A DNA stretch of 63,876 nucleotides, filler included, from Neoconidiobolus thromboides FSU 785 (taxonomy: Eukaryota > Fungi > Entomophthoromycota): assembly GCA_025603075.1 (NCBI GenBank). It is 5 parts of 5 records of this genome, joined end to end, with 100 filler letters (N's around TTAATTAATTAA, not from the genome) between each part and the next. Parts side by side here need not be neighbours in the genome. Positions count along the whole stretch, not along the records: positions 62,536 to 63,876 come from MU626989.1; 4 more parts are not named here. One strand, given 5' to 3'. Of the stretch, positions 63,680 through 63,876 are shown piece after piece (within the stretch, counting starts at the first letter, position 1; each line of letters begins with the position of its first letter). The position numbers were made by a program, and so were the translations under genes. The notes beneath the pieces are model-generated. The model searched no databases. It saw only the letters and a program-made list of their open reading frames with translations, and was not told the origin of the DNA.

Positions 63680-63782
63680 ATGGGGGTGTATTTTTGTATT
63701 TAAGAATTTTACTACCAATTTTTCCGCTCAAATAGTGCTTGAAAGATGGAAAAAGTGATGAAGCCAAAAAAACATCACCATA
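63680..63782 (+). mobile_element. MITE family A copy
   Basis: ATGGGGGTGTATTTTTG...AAAAAACATCACCATA. Confidence 0.9.
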
Positions 63783-63876
63783 TGGGGATGTATTTTTGTA
63801 TTTAAGAATTTTACTAATAATTTTTCCACTCAAATAGCGCTTAAAAGATGGAAAAAGTAATGAAGTCAAAAAAAAC
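63781..63876 (+). mobile_element. MITE family A copy, head-to-tail with previous, cut by window end
   Basis: TATGGGGATGTATTTTTG...; shares the TA at 63781-63782 with the previous copy. Confidence 0.9.

Noticed and set aside
2737-63876. MITE or LTR repeats as a CRISPR-like array
   Set aside because: Dispersed, degenerate, both orientations, no regular spacers, eukaryotic context, no cas genes.

Overview
Very AT-rich eukaryotic DNA with many short (about 45-75 nt) GT-AG introns. Gene content, composition and intron style suggest an early-diverging fungus, probably Conidiobolus/Entomophthorales-like; this is an inference, not verified. The window is not one molecule. It is five contigs (1-15042, 15143-39377, 39478-58511, 58612-62435, 62536-63876) joined by artificial 100-nt spacers (44 N + TTAATTAATTAA + 44 N), so nothing can be inferred about adjacency across gaps. 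Housekeeping genes: RCC1/FMP25-like, CAP2, an Abraxas-like MPN protein, RPB5, PSD1, IES6, oligopeptidase B, two Rho GEFs, NPP1, ARG82, TGL3-like, RFC2, VSB1 and tropomyosin. These alternate with repeat-rich accessory zones: three epoxide hydrolase paralogues, five intronless F-box/LRR-like genes (2 intact, 3 dead), tandem aminoacylases around a dead subtilisin, about 23 copies of a ~100-nt TA-flanked hairpin MITE, and a TG...CA solo-LTR family. The strongest leads are: (1) converging signs of C->T/G->A mutagenesis of repeats and duplicates (a G/C-stripped LTR relic, CpG decay across MITE copies, an indel-free transition-killed subtilisin); (2) the 24-kb contig bounded by a 397/398-nt identical inverted repeat; (3) the MITE family and its link to the F-box cluster; (4) an intron splitting the IES6 start codon; (5) a fungal Abraxas-like gene. 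All exon coordinates were read by eye and may be off by a few bases.
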